Sequence record: OP172785
Strand: one strand, 5' to 3'
DNA: 64,000 nucleotides
Origin: Escherichia phage ECO07P2
The position numbers and the translations under genes are program-made. This document shows positions 21,378 through 30,598 of the stretch, in pieces. Under the pieces are notes generated by a model, which was given only the letters and a program-made list of their open reading frames with translations, was not told the DNA's origin and did no database searches. Every line of letters begins with the position of its first letter. Position 1 is the stretch's first letter.

Positions 21378-21581
21378 TTAATTCATATTGCGTTTAATAA
21401 CTTCAGCAACTTCTAGTAATTCATCTTTAGTTGCGGTGTCGGATTGAATTTTATCTCTAATATCCTTAAAGCGGTTTTTAAACTCTTCGGCTTCTCCCAT
21501 ATCGAAAAAGCGTTGAATGATTCTATATTCTCGATGAACTGCTTTATCAAAAAGTTCTAAATTTACTTTATATGATTTCAT
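21378..21581 (-). CDS. hypothetical protein (67 aa, rIIA.1-like)
   Basis: ORF between gene 39 and rIIA. Confidence 0.55.
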   Translation of the reverse strand: MKSYKVNLELFDKAVHREYRIIQRFFDMGEAEEFKNRFKDIRDKIQSDTATKDELLEVAEVIKRNMN

Positions 21582-21606
21582 TTCAATATCCTCATTTGCC
21601 CAATTA

Positions 21607-21636
21607 ATTATACCACATCCTTGTGGTAAAGTAAAC
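21607..21636 (-). promoter_or_regulatory. early promoter
   Basis: GTTTAC 21631-21636, TATAAT 21607-21612, stem-loop TACCACA-tcct-TGTGGTA. Confidence 0.6.
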
Positions 21637-23456
21637 TACTGACTCATCCATTCTTTACGAAGGTCAGCATTATCTCCCATGAGCATTTCAAAAAGCTCTT
21701 TCCAGTTCTCAGGAAGTTTAACAACATCATATACTGGATTTTGAATCATCTCACGATATTCAGATTTTTCCAAAGAGCCAAGTCCCTTAATATAACGGAT
21801 GCTATGTTTAGGTAGAGCATCTTTAGCACTCTCATATTCAGCGACTGTATAAAACCATTCTTGTTTTTTACCGACCTGAGCGATGATTACAGGAGTTTTG
21901 ACAAAGCGAATTCTTCCTTGTTCAAACAGTTCTGGCCAATTACTGAAAAATCCGAGCAGAGAAGGATAAATGCTTCCTAGACCATCGTGGTCAGCGTCAG
22001 TCATAATAGCAATATTATGATAATTCAAGTTTTCGGCTTTTTCACCAAGAACTAATCCAGTGATTGCGCAAATATCAAACAGTTCTTTGTTTTTAAGCAT
22101 ATCAGCATATGACATACCCCAACTGTTGAGAACTTTACCACGTAATGGATAACCACCATGAAGTTCTTTATCACGAACATCAATAAGATATCCGATAGCG
22201 GAATCACCCTCAGTCAAGAAAAGAGTAGTGTCAGCATCTTTACCACAAAGATTCGCTTTAATATGTTTATGAACCTTAGCTTTAGAAGCCTTTTTAGCTG
22301 CTTTAGTTTCTGCTGCTTTTTCTGCCGCCAATTTACGAGCCAAGGCAGCTTCAATGATTGGCATTAAAATTGCTTCATTGTTTAAAATAGCGCGTGAAAT
22401 CTTTTTAGCATCAAGCTGAATATGACTACGAATTTCACCAAAAGGAGAAGTCAAACGCTCTTTAGTTTGAGAATCAAATCGCATGTTTTTCATATCACGA
22501 ACAAACATAACGATAGTCAAACATTCTTTAACACGTGCTTTAGTTACATCAATTTTAAATTTACGTTTGATTTGTGGAATAAGGTCTTCACAAATATCAT
22601 CCATAACACAGTCAATGTGATGACCACCATTCTTAGTATGAATGTTATTGACGTATGTTAATTGACGAAAACCATCCGGTGAACGACCAACCGCAATAGA
22701 GCAATTTTCCTGTTCTTGAACGATAGCATGCTCATCATACTGGCGTGCATACTTCTTAAAATTGCCCTGAACCTTTTTACCATTAAAGGTAAATTGAATA
22801 TCAGGATAAACTACTGCAAGTGTCTGGAGACGATCTAGTGTAATGTCAAGATAAACTTGGGACAGCTCATTAGTTTCAAATGACATAAAATCAGGAATGA
22901 AAGTAACGCGAGTTCCTTTCCATTTTCCAGGAATAGTTTCCCATGATTTATTTTCCATGCCGTTTGAACAACGAACTACAATATTATTTTGACCGTCGCC
23001 AGTTTCACCGACAAACATCACAGAAAAAATGTTAGTTAAACTAGAACCAACACCGTTCATACCGCCAGTGACGCGTTCTTTGTCATCACCGAAGTTACCA
23101 CCTGCTTTTGGAATAGTCCATGCAGCAACAGGACCAGGAATTTCTTCACCGGTAGGTGTTTTAACCATCGCCTGTGGAATACCACGACCGTTATCTTCAA
23201 CTGTTACTTGATTGTTTTTAATAGTAACATTAATTTTATTCGCGAATTTAAACTTAGTACGAATACCTTCATCTACTGAGTTATCGATAATTTCATCAAT
23301 AAGCTTAACAAGACCAGGTACATACTGAACACTTTCCCATTTACCAAACAGAAAGCGCTCATGCATTTCATTAGCAGAAGAGCCAATATACATGCCGCTA
23401 CGCTTTTTGATATGTTCAATATCGCTCAGAATTTTAATTTCATTCTTAATCATCAC
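21636..23456 (-). CDS. 39: DNA topoisomerase II large subunit gp39, unsplit (GyrB-like ATPase plus Toprim in one chain)
   Basis: 606 aa continuous ORF with GHKL ATPase N-terminus and Toprim region; in T4 this is split into gene 39 plus gene 60. Confidence 0.9.
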   Translation of the reverse strand: MMIKNEIKILSDIEHIKKRSGMYIGSSANEMHERFLFGKWESVQYVPGLVKLIDEIIDNSVDEGIRTKFKFANKINVTIKNNQVTVEDNGRGIPQAMVKTPTGEEIPGPVAAWTIPKAGGNFGDDKERVTGGMNGVGSSLTNIFSVMFVGETGDGQNNIVVRCSNGMENKSWETIPGKWKGTRVTFIPDFMSFETNELSQVYLDITLDRLQTLAVVYPDIQFTFNGKKVQGNFKKYARQYDEHAIVQEQENCSIAVGRSPDGFRQLTYVNNIHTKNGGHHIDCVMDDICEDLIPQIKRKFKIDVTKARVKECLTIVMFVRDMKNMRFDSQTKERLTSPFGEIRSHIQLDAKKISRAILNNEAILMPIIEAALARKLAAEKAAETKAAKKASKAKVHKHIKANLCGKDADTTLFLTEGDSAIGYLIDVRDKELHGGYPLRGKVLNSWGMSYADMLKNKELFDICAITGLVLGEKAENLNYHNIAIMTDADHDGLGSIYPSLLGFFSNWPELFEQGRIRFVKTPVIIAQVGKKQEWFYTVAEYESAKDALPKHSIRYIKGLGSLEKSEYREMIQNPVYDVVKLPENWKELFEMLMGDNADLRKEWMSQ

Positions 23457-23480
23457 TTATCCTCGTTTGGTTTCGGGAAT

Positions 23481-23505
23481 ATTATACTCCAGTAATCATA
23501 AAGCT
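23481..23505 (-). promoter_or_regulatory. candidate MotA-dependent middle promoter for gene 39
   Basis: Minus strand AGCTTTA (one mismatch to MotA box TGCTTTA), 12 nt, TATAAT; GAGGA RBS downstream. Confidence 0.4.
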
Positions 23506-23507
23506 AA

Positions 23508-23521
23508 AGGCCCGAAGGCCT
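23508..23521 (-). terminator. GC tetraloop hairpin
   Basis: AGGCC-CGAA-GGCCT followed by T-run. Confidence 0.4.
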
Positions 23522-23522
23522 T

Positions 23523-23783
23523 TTATTTAAAGCGGATAGTCGAATCCTTGAAGAATAGACCAGAACATACGGTTCCTTCTACTTTCTGCCCGGTAGGTCC
23601 AATAGCACGAAATCCAGTATGTTGGAAATCATTTTCAGAGCAACCGAACCAATTATATCCAGTGATTTCAATATTAGTAAAACCACTTGAAGACAAAACT
23701 TTGGTTGCATTATCAGCATCAGTACATCCTACTAAAGATACTGCTAATACTAATGCCGCGATAGAACGATTAACATATTTCAT
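23523..23783 (-). CDS. putative lipoprotein (86 aa)
   Basis: MKYVNRSIAALVLAVSLVGC signal peptide with lipobox LVGC. Confidence 0.55.
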   Translation of the reverse strand: MKYVNRSIAALVLAVSLVGCTDADNATKVLSSSGFTNIEITGYNWFGCSENDFQHTGFRAIGPTGQKVEGTVCSGLFFKDSTIRFK

Positions 23784-23787
23784 AATT

Positions 23788-24159
23788 TCACTCAAATTTA
23801 ATGGCTTGAAGGAGACTAATAATTCTCAAGCGACTTCTTTCATCTTTAACTGTAAAAGAAAGAGGGTCACCAGATTTCATAGTGATGGTGCATCCAAAAT
23901 CAAAATCTTCTGTAACTTCTTCGAATAGGTCAAACTCTTCATCATAAATTAGAACATTACTCTGAAAACTGTGAAGAATTTTTCCATCATTTCCAGATGC
24001 TGTACTAATCATTGTAACATTATTACCCTTCATATCTTCAACGATAAATTCGCTTGTAGATATTACATTACTAATAGAACCATTCCTATAAATAGCAGAA
24101 AATAGATATTTCTTTTCTTCGCCTTCGCGAATACGATACTTCTTACCGATTTTAAACAT
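23788..24159 (-). CDS. hypothetical protein (123 aa)
   Basis: ORF. Confidence 0.5.
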   Translation of the reverse strand: MFKIGKKYRIREGEEKKYLFSAIYRNGSISNVISTSEFIVEDMKGNNVTMISTASGNDGKILHSFQSNVLIYDEEFDLFEEVTEDFDFGCTITMKSGDPLSFTVKDERSRLRIISLLQAIKFE

Positions 24160-24161
24160 AA

Positions 24162-24338
24162 TTACCCTTTAAGTAAGTCGTAAAAACCGCCATTCACATG
24201 CTTAGGAGCAGAAGGCCGACGAATAGACAGACGATGACATTTAGGGCAAACATCATTTTCTCGTTCAGAAATCTTTTTAATTTTTTCATATTCATGCCCG
24301 CAATCTTCGGATTGGCATTTATAATCATACATTGGCAT
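24162..24338 (-). CDS. small zinc-ribbon protein (58 aa)
   Basis: Hand-translated MPMYDYKCQSEDCGHEYE...CPKCHRLS with two CxxC pairs; below ORF-track cutoff. Confidence 0.5.
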   Translation of the reverse strand: MPMYDYKCQSEDCGHEYEKIKKISERENDVCPKCHRLSIRRPSAPKHVNGGFYDLLKG

Positions 24339-24340
24339 AA

Positions 24341-24745
24341 TTATTCCTTAAAATGTGCTTTTAACATCTGATACAAGGACCATGCATGTTCATTATTTTC
24401 AATAGTAACTTTCATTACCGGGAATTCTGTGAAATCTTCTATCTGTTCTTGCTCTTCAGAAGCTTGGTATGGATTTTCCACTTCATCAAAGAACTCAGCT
24501 TCGTTAGTAGAGAGCCAAATAAAGTTTTCGTCAAGGATATCAGCGCCGGCACAACGTTTGAGTACACCTGTGGATGTCACAATTTTAGTAGGACGACTGA
24601 GATGGTCAACATCTAAAATTTTAAAAGGTTCCATACCTAAACGTCGTGCGTAGATTCCGTTATCAGTATGGTCTTTAATAAAAGCTTCTTGAGCTTGTTT
24701 ATTTTTAAATTGATACCATTTATTAACTTCAAATCTAATAGCCAT
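24341..24745 (-). CDS. hypothetical protein (134 aa)
   Basis: ORF, acidic C-terminus. Confidence 0.5.
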   Translation of the reverse strand: MAIRFEVNKWYQFKNKQAQEAFIKDHTDNGIYARRLGMEPFKILDVDHLSRPTKIVTSTGVLKRCAGADILDENFIWLSTNEAEFFDEVENPYQASEEQEQIEDFTEFPVMKVTIENNEHAWSLYQMLKAHFKE

Positions 24746-24960
24746 TAATAAATTTCCTTCCAGTAAGTTGTACCGTCTTCAGTGATTTCACGGAATACAC
24801 CATAAATCGGTTGTTTATCACCAACCTTTTCATACACATAAACCGAAGTCAAGTGAGTAAACTTGATGGTGTGTTCCTTTTGAACTACTACCAAATCTGG
24901 ATCGAATAATACATCTTCAAATTCGTCATTAGTGCAATTCTGAACAATTTTATGTTTCAT
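24745..24960 (-). CDS. hypothetical protein (71 aa)
   Basis: ORF. Confidence 0.45.
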   Translation of the reverse strand: MKHKIVQNCTNDEFEDVLFDPDLVVVQKEHTIKFTHLTSVYVYEKVGDKQPIYGVFREITEDGTTYWKEIY

Positions 24961-24973
24961 TACAATTTCCTCA

Positions 24974-25255
24974 TTAATTGAACAGTGGAGCGATGCGTTT
25001 CAGAAGAGTAGCAGCACCTTTGGCAAATTTTACATCATGAAAAACAGTTTCTTCTTCCGTTACAACACGAACTTTAATGTTTTCACAATCCCAATTTTTG
25101 CGAACAATCTTCAAAAGCTGCAGTAAATCTTTACATTCAGCAATATCGATAACACATCCACGAGAATCTTCCATTATCGCACGATAACCATAAGCCATAC
25201 CATAATCGTTGAAAGATTGTTCGATGATAATTAAGTTTTCCATTTTATTCTCCAA
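24974..25255 (-). CDS. hypothetical protein (93 aa)
   Basis: ORF. Confidence 0.5.
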   Translation of the reverse strand: MENKMENLIIIEQSFNDYGMAYGYRAIMEDSRGCVIDIAECKDLLQLLKIVRKNWDCENIKVRVVTEEETVFHDVKFAKGAATLLKRIAPLFN

Positions 25256-25268
25256 GTTGTTTTCTGTA

Positions 25269-25309
25269 TCAGTAGTTGATAGTTGTATAGTACCATAATC
25301 AACTACTGA
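25269..25309 (-). promoter_or_regulatory. early promoter inside perfect 13-bp inverted repeat (PeSL-like)
   Basis: ATCAGTAGTTGAT ... ATCAACTACTGAT brackets TACTAT (25287-25292). Confidence 0.5.
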
Positions 25310-25339
25310 TGTATATAGTTTTATGAAAAAATTTAAACT

Positions 25340-25837
25340 TTATGCACAACGAGCTTTGCTGTAGTGTTTAATCCAACTTTCAGGAATGACTTTGTATGTT
25401 CCTAAAAATACCGCGTTGTACAGCTTAACACCATCTTCTACCCACTGATCGGTAATGTATGCGCACATAGCACGAGTACGGTGTTTTTGAACAACCCCTT
25501 CCTCATCTTCAGTAAATTCGAATTCATAAGGAGCAACGAACTTAATAGCTTGACCGAGTTTCCACTTAAAGTCTACACCTACATGCGAAGTATCAATCGT
25601 TTCAATTCCTTTAGCAGGAACAGCTTTCAAAAACGCAGATTCAAGAAATTTCGCACGAACATAGCCAAACTGGGGTTTAGACTTTCCATCTTTAGGAATG
25701 ATACGCACTTTTACTTCAGAATCTTCATCTTTAACGCCATGTTTAAGCTGAATGCTTACAATTTCGACCAATTTTCCTGCTGCTTTAGAACGGGATTTAT
25801 CAGATACACGAGCTAATTCACCAATATTAATAATCAT
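25340..25837 (-). CDS. hypothetical protein (165 aa), paralogous C-terminus with next gene
   Basis: C-terminal ITDQWVEDGVKLYNAVFLGTYKVIPESW resembles VTDQWIEDGVELLNVVHAGEYSVVPRSA of 25911..26345. Confidence 0.55.
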   Translation of the reverse strand: MIINIGELARVSDKSRSKAAGKLVEIVSIQLKHGVKDEDSEVKVRIIPKDGKSKPQFGYVRAKFLESAFLKAVPAKGIETIDTSHVGVDFKWKLGQAIKFVAPYEFEFTEDEEGVVQKHRTRAMCAYITDQWVEDGVKLYNAVFLGTYKVIPESWIKHYSKARCA

Positions 25838-25876
25838 AGTTATCTCTCACTTGTTAAAAAGATTTTATACTCCACA

Positions 25877-25911
25877 GGACCATTATACTCTGGTCCCAAG
25901 AGTTTGTAAAC
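25877..25911 (-). promoter_or_regulatory. early promoter with stem-loop
   Basis: GTTTAC 25906-25911, TATAAT 25883-25888, GGACC...GGTCC inverted repeat. Confidence 0.55.
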
Positions 25912-26345
25912 TAGCTTACACGAACATTAATCACTGCGCTGCGAGGAACTACAGAGTATTCTCCAGCATGAACTACATTAAGAAGTTCAACGCCATCTTC
26001 AATCCATTGGTCAGTTACCCAACCACCAATCGGATTCGCAAATGGACGACGAATGTAAACCGCCTTACACAACAAATCAGTCGGATCTTCAGGTTTTTCA
26101 ATTTCTGTCAATAGATTAAAATCTTCTTCATAGATGATAAATGATGATACTGTTCCATGATAGTTTCTAATTTCCATGTACACTGTACCAATAAGAATTC
26201 CGCTATTAACGCTAATAACAGTAAAAGGATACCCATAAGTTACACCAAGAAGGTCCCAAAACTTACCATAAGTCGTATTAGACATTGTTGATAAATCAAT
26301 TTTAGGGGATTTTTTCAATTTGTAAACAGTATTAATTTTAATCAT
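25911..26345 (-). CDS. hypothetical protein (144 aa), paralog of 25340..25837
   Basis: Shared C-terminal motif. Confidence 0.55.
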   Translation of the reverse strand: MIKINTVYKLKKSPKIDLSTMSNTTYGKFWDLLGVTYGYPFTVISVNSGILIGTVYMEIRNYHGTVSSFIIYEEDFNLLTEIEKPEDPTDLLCKAVYIRRPFANPIGGWVTDQWIEDGVELLNVVHAGEYSVVPRSAVINVRVS

Positions 26346-26355
26346 GATTTTCTCT

Positions 26356-26859
26356 TTAGTCTAAAGTAATAAAGCCTTTTAATTCAGCATGCGATTTACG
26401 GAACATTACTTGGTGTCCGCCAATTATAACTTCATCTTCAGGAACTTCGTATACAGCGAGATAAAATCCTTTAGAAGATAATTCTTCACGCTCTTCTCGA
26501 GTGAACCATCTCATCATATCATATTCACTAGCGAAAGCAAAATGATAAAGAGCTATAAACCATCCTGGAATATAGTGATCTACGCCTACATATTCCTCTT
26601 TCTCAAATTTAGTATTAATTGCTATATTAGCATTTTTAACTAATAATTTGTCTTCGCGCGGAAGAGGAATTCTTTTGTTATCATTACTATGATGTGTAAA
26701 ATTAGGTCTATCATAACCTACGTGTAATAACCACTCTTCGCTCCATGAATCTATTATACTCCTGTATGGAGTTATTTGAACACAAAGATTTCGACGTATT
26801 GTTATAGCATCTTCACAATTAAGAATACTAAACGATGATTCAACACGATAAATTTTCAT
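26356..26859 (-). CDS. hypothetical protein (167 aa)
   Basis: Start placed at MKIYRVE; ORF-track extension reads through the promoter. Confidence 0.5.
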   Translation of the reverse strand: MKIYRVESSFSILNCEDAITIRRNLCVQITPYRSIIDSWSEEWLLHVGYDRPNFTHHSNDNKRIPLPREDKLLVKNANIAINTKFEKEEYVGVDHYIPGWFIALYHFAFASEYDMMRWFTREEREELSSKGFYLAVYEVPEDEVIIGGHQVMFRKSHAELKGFITLD

Positions 26860-26869
26860 TTTATTATCC

Positions 26870-26916
26870 TCAGTAGCTATGGTGTTATAATACCACAACT
26901 AACCGAGGAAGTAAAC
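26870..26916 (-). promoter_or_regulatory. early promoter
   Basis: GTTTAC 26911-26916, TATTAT about 18 nt downstream. Confidence 0.5.
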
Positions 26917-26922
26917 AACTTT

Positions 26923-27606
26923 TTATCGTTTTGTTGGAAGGGATAGAGGATCGCAATCTTCCTCTGACGGAGCATCTTCAAGACCCATAGCATATCGTAA
27001 AGCATACTTCATCATCAGGATGTCTTTCGCACAGTCATGAATAGAATCATGTGCAACGAATCCATCTAAAGTTCCCTTTGGAAGAGGACACGTGGTCATA
27101 TCACGAACAAGAAGAAGTGCTTCAATTCTGGTACGAATATCACGCTGATTCCAGAATTTACATGGTTCTAACTTAAATGTGTCAAGTTCATTCTCAGAAA
27201 CGCCATTAAGACGTTGAATATCGCGAATGAGATCGACTAAAATTGGAAAATCAAACGACATTCCACGGCACCAGCCTTGAGATTTCCAAGGATCAATATT
27301 ATGTGCATTGATGTAATCATTAAATTTTGCAATACCATCGATAGTGCTTACATCTTCATCTGATGGTGCAATATTTTTTCGAGCTTCAGGAGACTGATTT
27401 TTCCACCATTCAATAGTGCTTTTAGTAAAAAGACGATGTCCTTTTTGGCTTTTTAAATCAAATTTGATTTTAATGCCGCGCGAAACTAATTCATCAAATG
27501 TTTCAACTACTTCTGGATTAGGGTCAAAGGCAATAACAGCCAAATCAATAACAGCTGCCTTTTCACCGCTTCCCATTGTTTCAAAATCTATAATAAAATC
27601 AAACAT
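26923..27606 (-). CDS. dexA: exonuclease A DexA (DEDD 3'-5' exonuclease)
   Basis: 227 aa (T4 DexA 227 aa), N-terminal DFETMG motif. Confidence 0.85.
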   Translation of the reverse strand: MFDFIIDFETMGSGEKAAVIDLAVIAFDPNPEVVETFDELVSRGIKIKFDLKSQKGHRLFTKSTIEWWKNQSPEARKNIAPSDEDVSTIDGIAKFNDYINAHNIDPWKSQGWCRGMSFDFPILVDLIRDIQRLNGVSENELDTFKLEPCKFWNQRDIRTRIEALLLVRDMTTCPLPKGTLDGFVAHDSIHDCAKDILMMKYALRYAMGLEDAPSEEDCDPLSLPTKR

Positions 27607-27848
27607 TAAATTTTCCTCGCTAAATCGCGAATTTGACCTACAGTATAATCTTGGATATAAACTTTATTAATGGGCTCATCAATAAATTTTGCCATAGATT
27701 CAATATCTTTTTGTATCTCTTCAAGACTGTATACTATCTTTGAAGCTTTTTCGCGAATAGTAACATTATCAGGTCCTGAATTTTCTTGAATGACAGCTTT
27801 AACACTTGCCATAAGAGATTTAAACTGGTGCAAACTTAATTCAATCAT
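27606..27848 (-). CDS. hypothetical protein (80 aa)
   Basis: ORF. Confidence 0.5.
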   Translation of the reverse strand: MIELSLHQFKSLMASVKAVIQENSGPDNVTIREKASKIVYSLEEIQKDIESMAKFIDEPINKVYIQDYTVGQIRDLARKI

Positions 27849-28086
27849 TAATAACCGCCTTATAAAGATGGCTAATTTCGCCTAAAACATAATCACTGAT
27901 TGTAACAGTTTTCACTTCACCGCAAAAGAATTCTAACGCAATCAAATCTCGTTCAATTTCTTCCAATTGAAGCATTAACTTGCCTGATTCAATTTTCACG
28001 TTTTTGCGATTTTTACTATAAGCTATTTCATAAATTTCGCTTACTTTATCTTGGAGCAGATAAAACTGATCTTTAGTTATTTCCAC
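27841..28086 (-). CDS. hypothetical protein (81 aa)
   Basis: ORF. Confidence 0.5.
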   Translation of the reverse strand: MEITKDQFYLLQDKVSEIYEIAYSKNRKNVKIESGKLMLQLEEIERDLIALEFFCGEVKTVTISDYVLGEISHLYKAVIND

Positions 28087-28107
28087 GAATAGATTCCTCG
28101 AATTTAA

Positions 28108-29427
28108 TCATACGTAAAACACATCATAACGACCACGTGTTACACCAACATAAAGAAGCTGCTGAGCTAGTTCAGCATCTGCATAATGAATACAAGGCGT
28201 ATAGATAAAAGCACGGTCTACAGACATGCCCTGAGCTTTGTGGAATGTTGATGCAGGAAGTGCTTTCACTTTACTAAACTGCGATTTAGCATCCCAAAAA
28301 TCACTCCATGGAGCTTTTCCACCTTTATTCCAATTTTTATAAGTTTCTGCCGTTTTACCTAAAAATAAGTTAAACTTATACAGCTCTTCATCAGATGAAA
28401 TTATTTTAATCTTTTCACGATAATATTCATCATCGCCGTAAGTTTCTACTGTTAAATCCCAATGACGAATTAGATATTCTCCAGGAACACCACGAGCTTT
28501 AACAAATGTTGATGTATACTCTGCTTCTATAATACGAACTAATTGTCCGTTATTAAAAATAATTTCTGACACAGGCTTTCCATCAATTTTATATGTTTTA
28601 ATTAATGGTTCCTGCATTACAATAATTTCACCAACGATAAAATCTTTATCAGTTTCAAAAATCTTTTTGCGAATAATGCTATTTAACTTGTCAACAGATT
28701 TATTCGTAAATGCCATTACGCGATTTTCAAACAAATCATCTAGTGATTTTACGATTGAAAAATAATTTACCATAAAATCGCGTAAAGCGGTATCACCAGT
28801 AAATCCACGTACTCCATGCCCGTCAACAATTTTATCATAAATCCACTTACCATTACGAACATCAGTAGCTACATCAATAATAGGAGCATTACTGCGTTTA
28901 ACTTCAGTGAGTTCACACTGATAAAAATCTTTATGTGTAAAGAATGGACTGATATAAGCAGTGTTTTCTCCTGGGTCAACAGGTCTAATTTGCTTATTAT
29001 CACCTATTCCAATTATAGTACACCATGGTGGAATAGTTGAAAGCAAAATTTTAAATAGCTTTCTATCATACATTGACACTTCGTCGCAGATTAATACTCT
29101 GCATTTAGCCAAATCCGGTACTTCTTTTTGCTCAAAAAGAACGTTTTCTTCATATGTTACTGGGTTAATTTTGAGAATACTGTGAATAGTACTCGCTTCT
29201 TTCCCTGACAGTTTTGAAAGAATCTTTTTAGCTGCATGAGTAGGAGCTGCTAAAATAATGCCAGTTTCGCCAGTAGATATTAAGGCTTCAATGATGAACT
29301 TAGTAAGAGTAGTCTTACCAGTACCAGCAGGTCCATTAATAGTTACATGATGTTTCTTTTCTTTGATAGCCCTCATAACGATGTTAAAGGCATTTTTCTG
29401 GCCTTCAGTCAAATCATCAAATGTCAT
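28108..29427 (-). CDS. dda: Dda DNA helicase (SF1)
   Basis: 439 aa (T4 Dda 439 aa), Walker A GPAGTGKTT. Confidence 0.9.
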   Translation of the reverse strand: MTFDDLTEGQKNAFNIVMRAIKEKKHHVTINGPAGTGKTTLTKFIIEALISTGETGIILAAPTHAAKKILSKLSGKEASTIHSILKINPVTYEENVLFEQKEVPDLAKCRVLICDEVSMYDRKLFKILLSTIPPWCTIIGIGDNKQIRPVDPGENTAYISPFFTHKDFYQCELTEVKRSNAPIIDVATDVRNGKWIYDKIVDGHGVRGFTGDTALRDFMVNYFSIVKSLDDLFENRVMAFTNKSVDKLNSIIRKKIFETDKDFIVGEIIVMQEPLIKTYKIDGKPVSEIIFNNGQLVRIIEAEYTSTFVKARGVPGEYLIRHWDLTVETYGDDEYYREKIKIISSDEELYKFNLFLGKTAETYKNWNKGGKAPWSDFWDAKSQFSKVKALPASTFHKAQGMSVDRAFIYTPCIHYADAELAQQLLYVGVTRGRYDVFYV

Positions 29428-29735
29428 CGTAAATTCCCTGCAATTGGTATACTAACAATACGCCCAGTATCTAAAATTCGCCGATATAATCTTTGCGTGT
29501 CTACATCAGGCTTAACGTGTTTAACTTCTATTTTATTAAACCAAAACTTGCGTGGAGTCTCAACTAATCTCGGAATTCCCATACCTAAAGCTAGTCGATA
29601 CTGCTCTTTAAGAGTTGTAAAAACTTTATCAGCAATCTCCCTTTCAAAAAATACAGCAGGACGATGTTCATCAAGCGGAACAGGCACCGCAAATCCATCT
29701 TTATCTCTATACACTATCGCATATACATAAAACAT
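29424..29735 (-). CDS. hypothetical protein (103 aa)
   Basis: ORF; ATGA overlap with dda. Confidence 0.5.
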   Translation of the reverse strand: MFYVYAIVYRDKDGFAVPVPLDEHRPAVFFEREIADKVFTTLKEQYRLALGMGIPRLVETPRKFWFNKIEVKHVKPDVDTQRLYRRILDTGRIVSIPIAGNLR

Positions 29736-29736
29736 A

Positions 29737-30483
29737 TTATCCTCGGATAAGTTTAAAAATTGAACAATTTAGCGGGTATCCTCTTTTCAGTTTAAGTTTA
29801 TCAATAAAAGACAAGTTTTGATACCGCTCTACACCTTGAATAATTTTATCACACATATCATATTGCATTTCTGCTTCTGACAACTTTTTCACGGTTTTCC
29901 AATCCGAGCCTTTAAGAAGAACGTTCAATTTAACAACTTCAGCGCCTTCTGCTATACGAGAACCATCAATACGAGCTTTGAGTGCTATAATCGTTAGCTT
30001 AACGTCAGAAGTTTGTTTTGATTTAGAAAGCTGAGAAATGTGCTCAATTCGGTTTTCACGTTTTTTCTGTATAGCTTTAATTTGATTATAAGTCTTTTTG
30101 ATTTTAGCCCATTTCTTTTCATCTAAATTTAGTTTATGAACTTTTTTCGCAGATGAACGACCAATTCGCAAAGCAAATAAATCACGCTTTTCAATCAACT
30201 CTTCTAAAGTATAATCAGAACGAAATGTATTATACTTTTTCTTTACTGCAATAACATTCCCTTTAATGTATCCAACGTTATTATCAAAACGTTCTAATGA
30301 TAATTTCTCTCCTTCAATACGATTATCAAAAGGTTCTCCTGAGTAAGCGCAAACTTTCTGATCTAAAATGTTCTTAATGTAATTGAAGTCTAAGTTAAAA
30401 TCTTTAGAACGTCTTTTGGCAGATGCCTGAGTGTGCTCTAGACGACGTGTAATTTTACGAATTTGATTATTAGACAGTTTCAT
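29737..30483 (-). CDS. srd: Srd, sigma-like early protein
   Basis: 248 aa basic protein between dda and modA as in T4. Confidence 0.7.
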   Translation of the reverse strand: MKLSNNQIRKITRRLEHTQASAKRRSKDFNLDFNYIKNILDQKVCAYSGEPFDNRIEGEKLSLERFDNNVGYIKGNVIAVKKKYNTFRSDYTLEELIEKRDLFALRIGRSSAKKVHKLNLDEKKWAKIKKTYNQIKAIQKKRENRIEHISQLSKSKQTSDVKLTIIALKARIDGSRIAEGAEVVKLNVLLKGSDWKTVKKLSEAEMQYDMCDKIIQGVERYQNLSFIDKLKLKRGYPLNCSIFKLIRG

Positions 30484-30512
30484 ATTTTTCTCACGGACGG
30501 TTAACTACTTAT

Positions 30513-30542
30513 ACTATAACATTTTTACTTCAGCTTGTAAAC
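30513..30542 (-). promoter_or_regulatory. early promoter upstream of srd
   Basis: GTTTAC 30537-30542, TATAGT 30513-30518. Confidence 0.55.
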
Positions 30543-30556
30543 AACTTTATGAAAAA

Positions 30557-30581
30557 TGCTTTAAAACTTTCATGGTATAAT
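30557..30581 (+). promoter_or_regulatory. MotA-box middle-promoter-like element on the plus strand, antisense to modA/modB
   Basis: Plus strand TGCTTTA (30557-30563), 12 nt, TATAAT (30576-30581); perfect match to middle-promoter architecture but opposite to all neighbouring genes. Confidence 0.4.
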
Positions 30582-30598
30582 GAATCTAAGTCCTTCCA

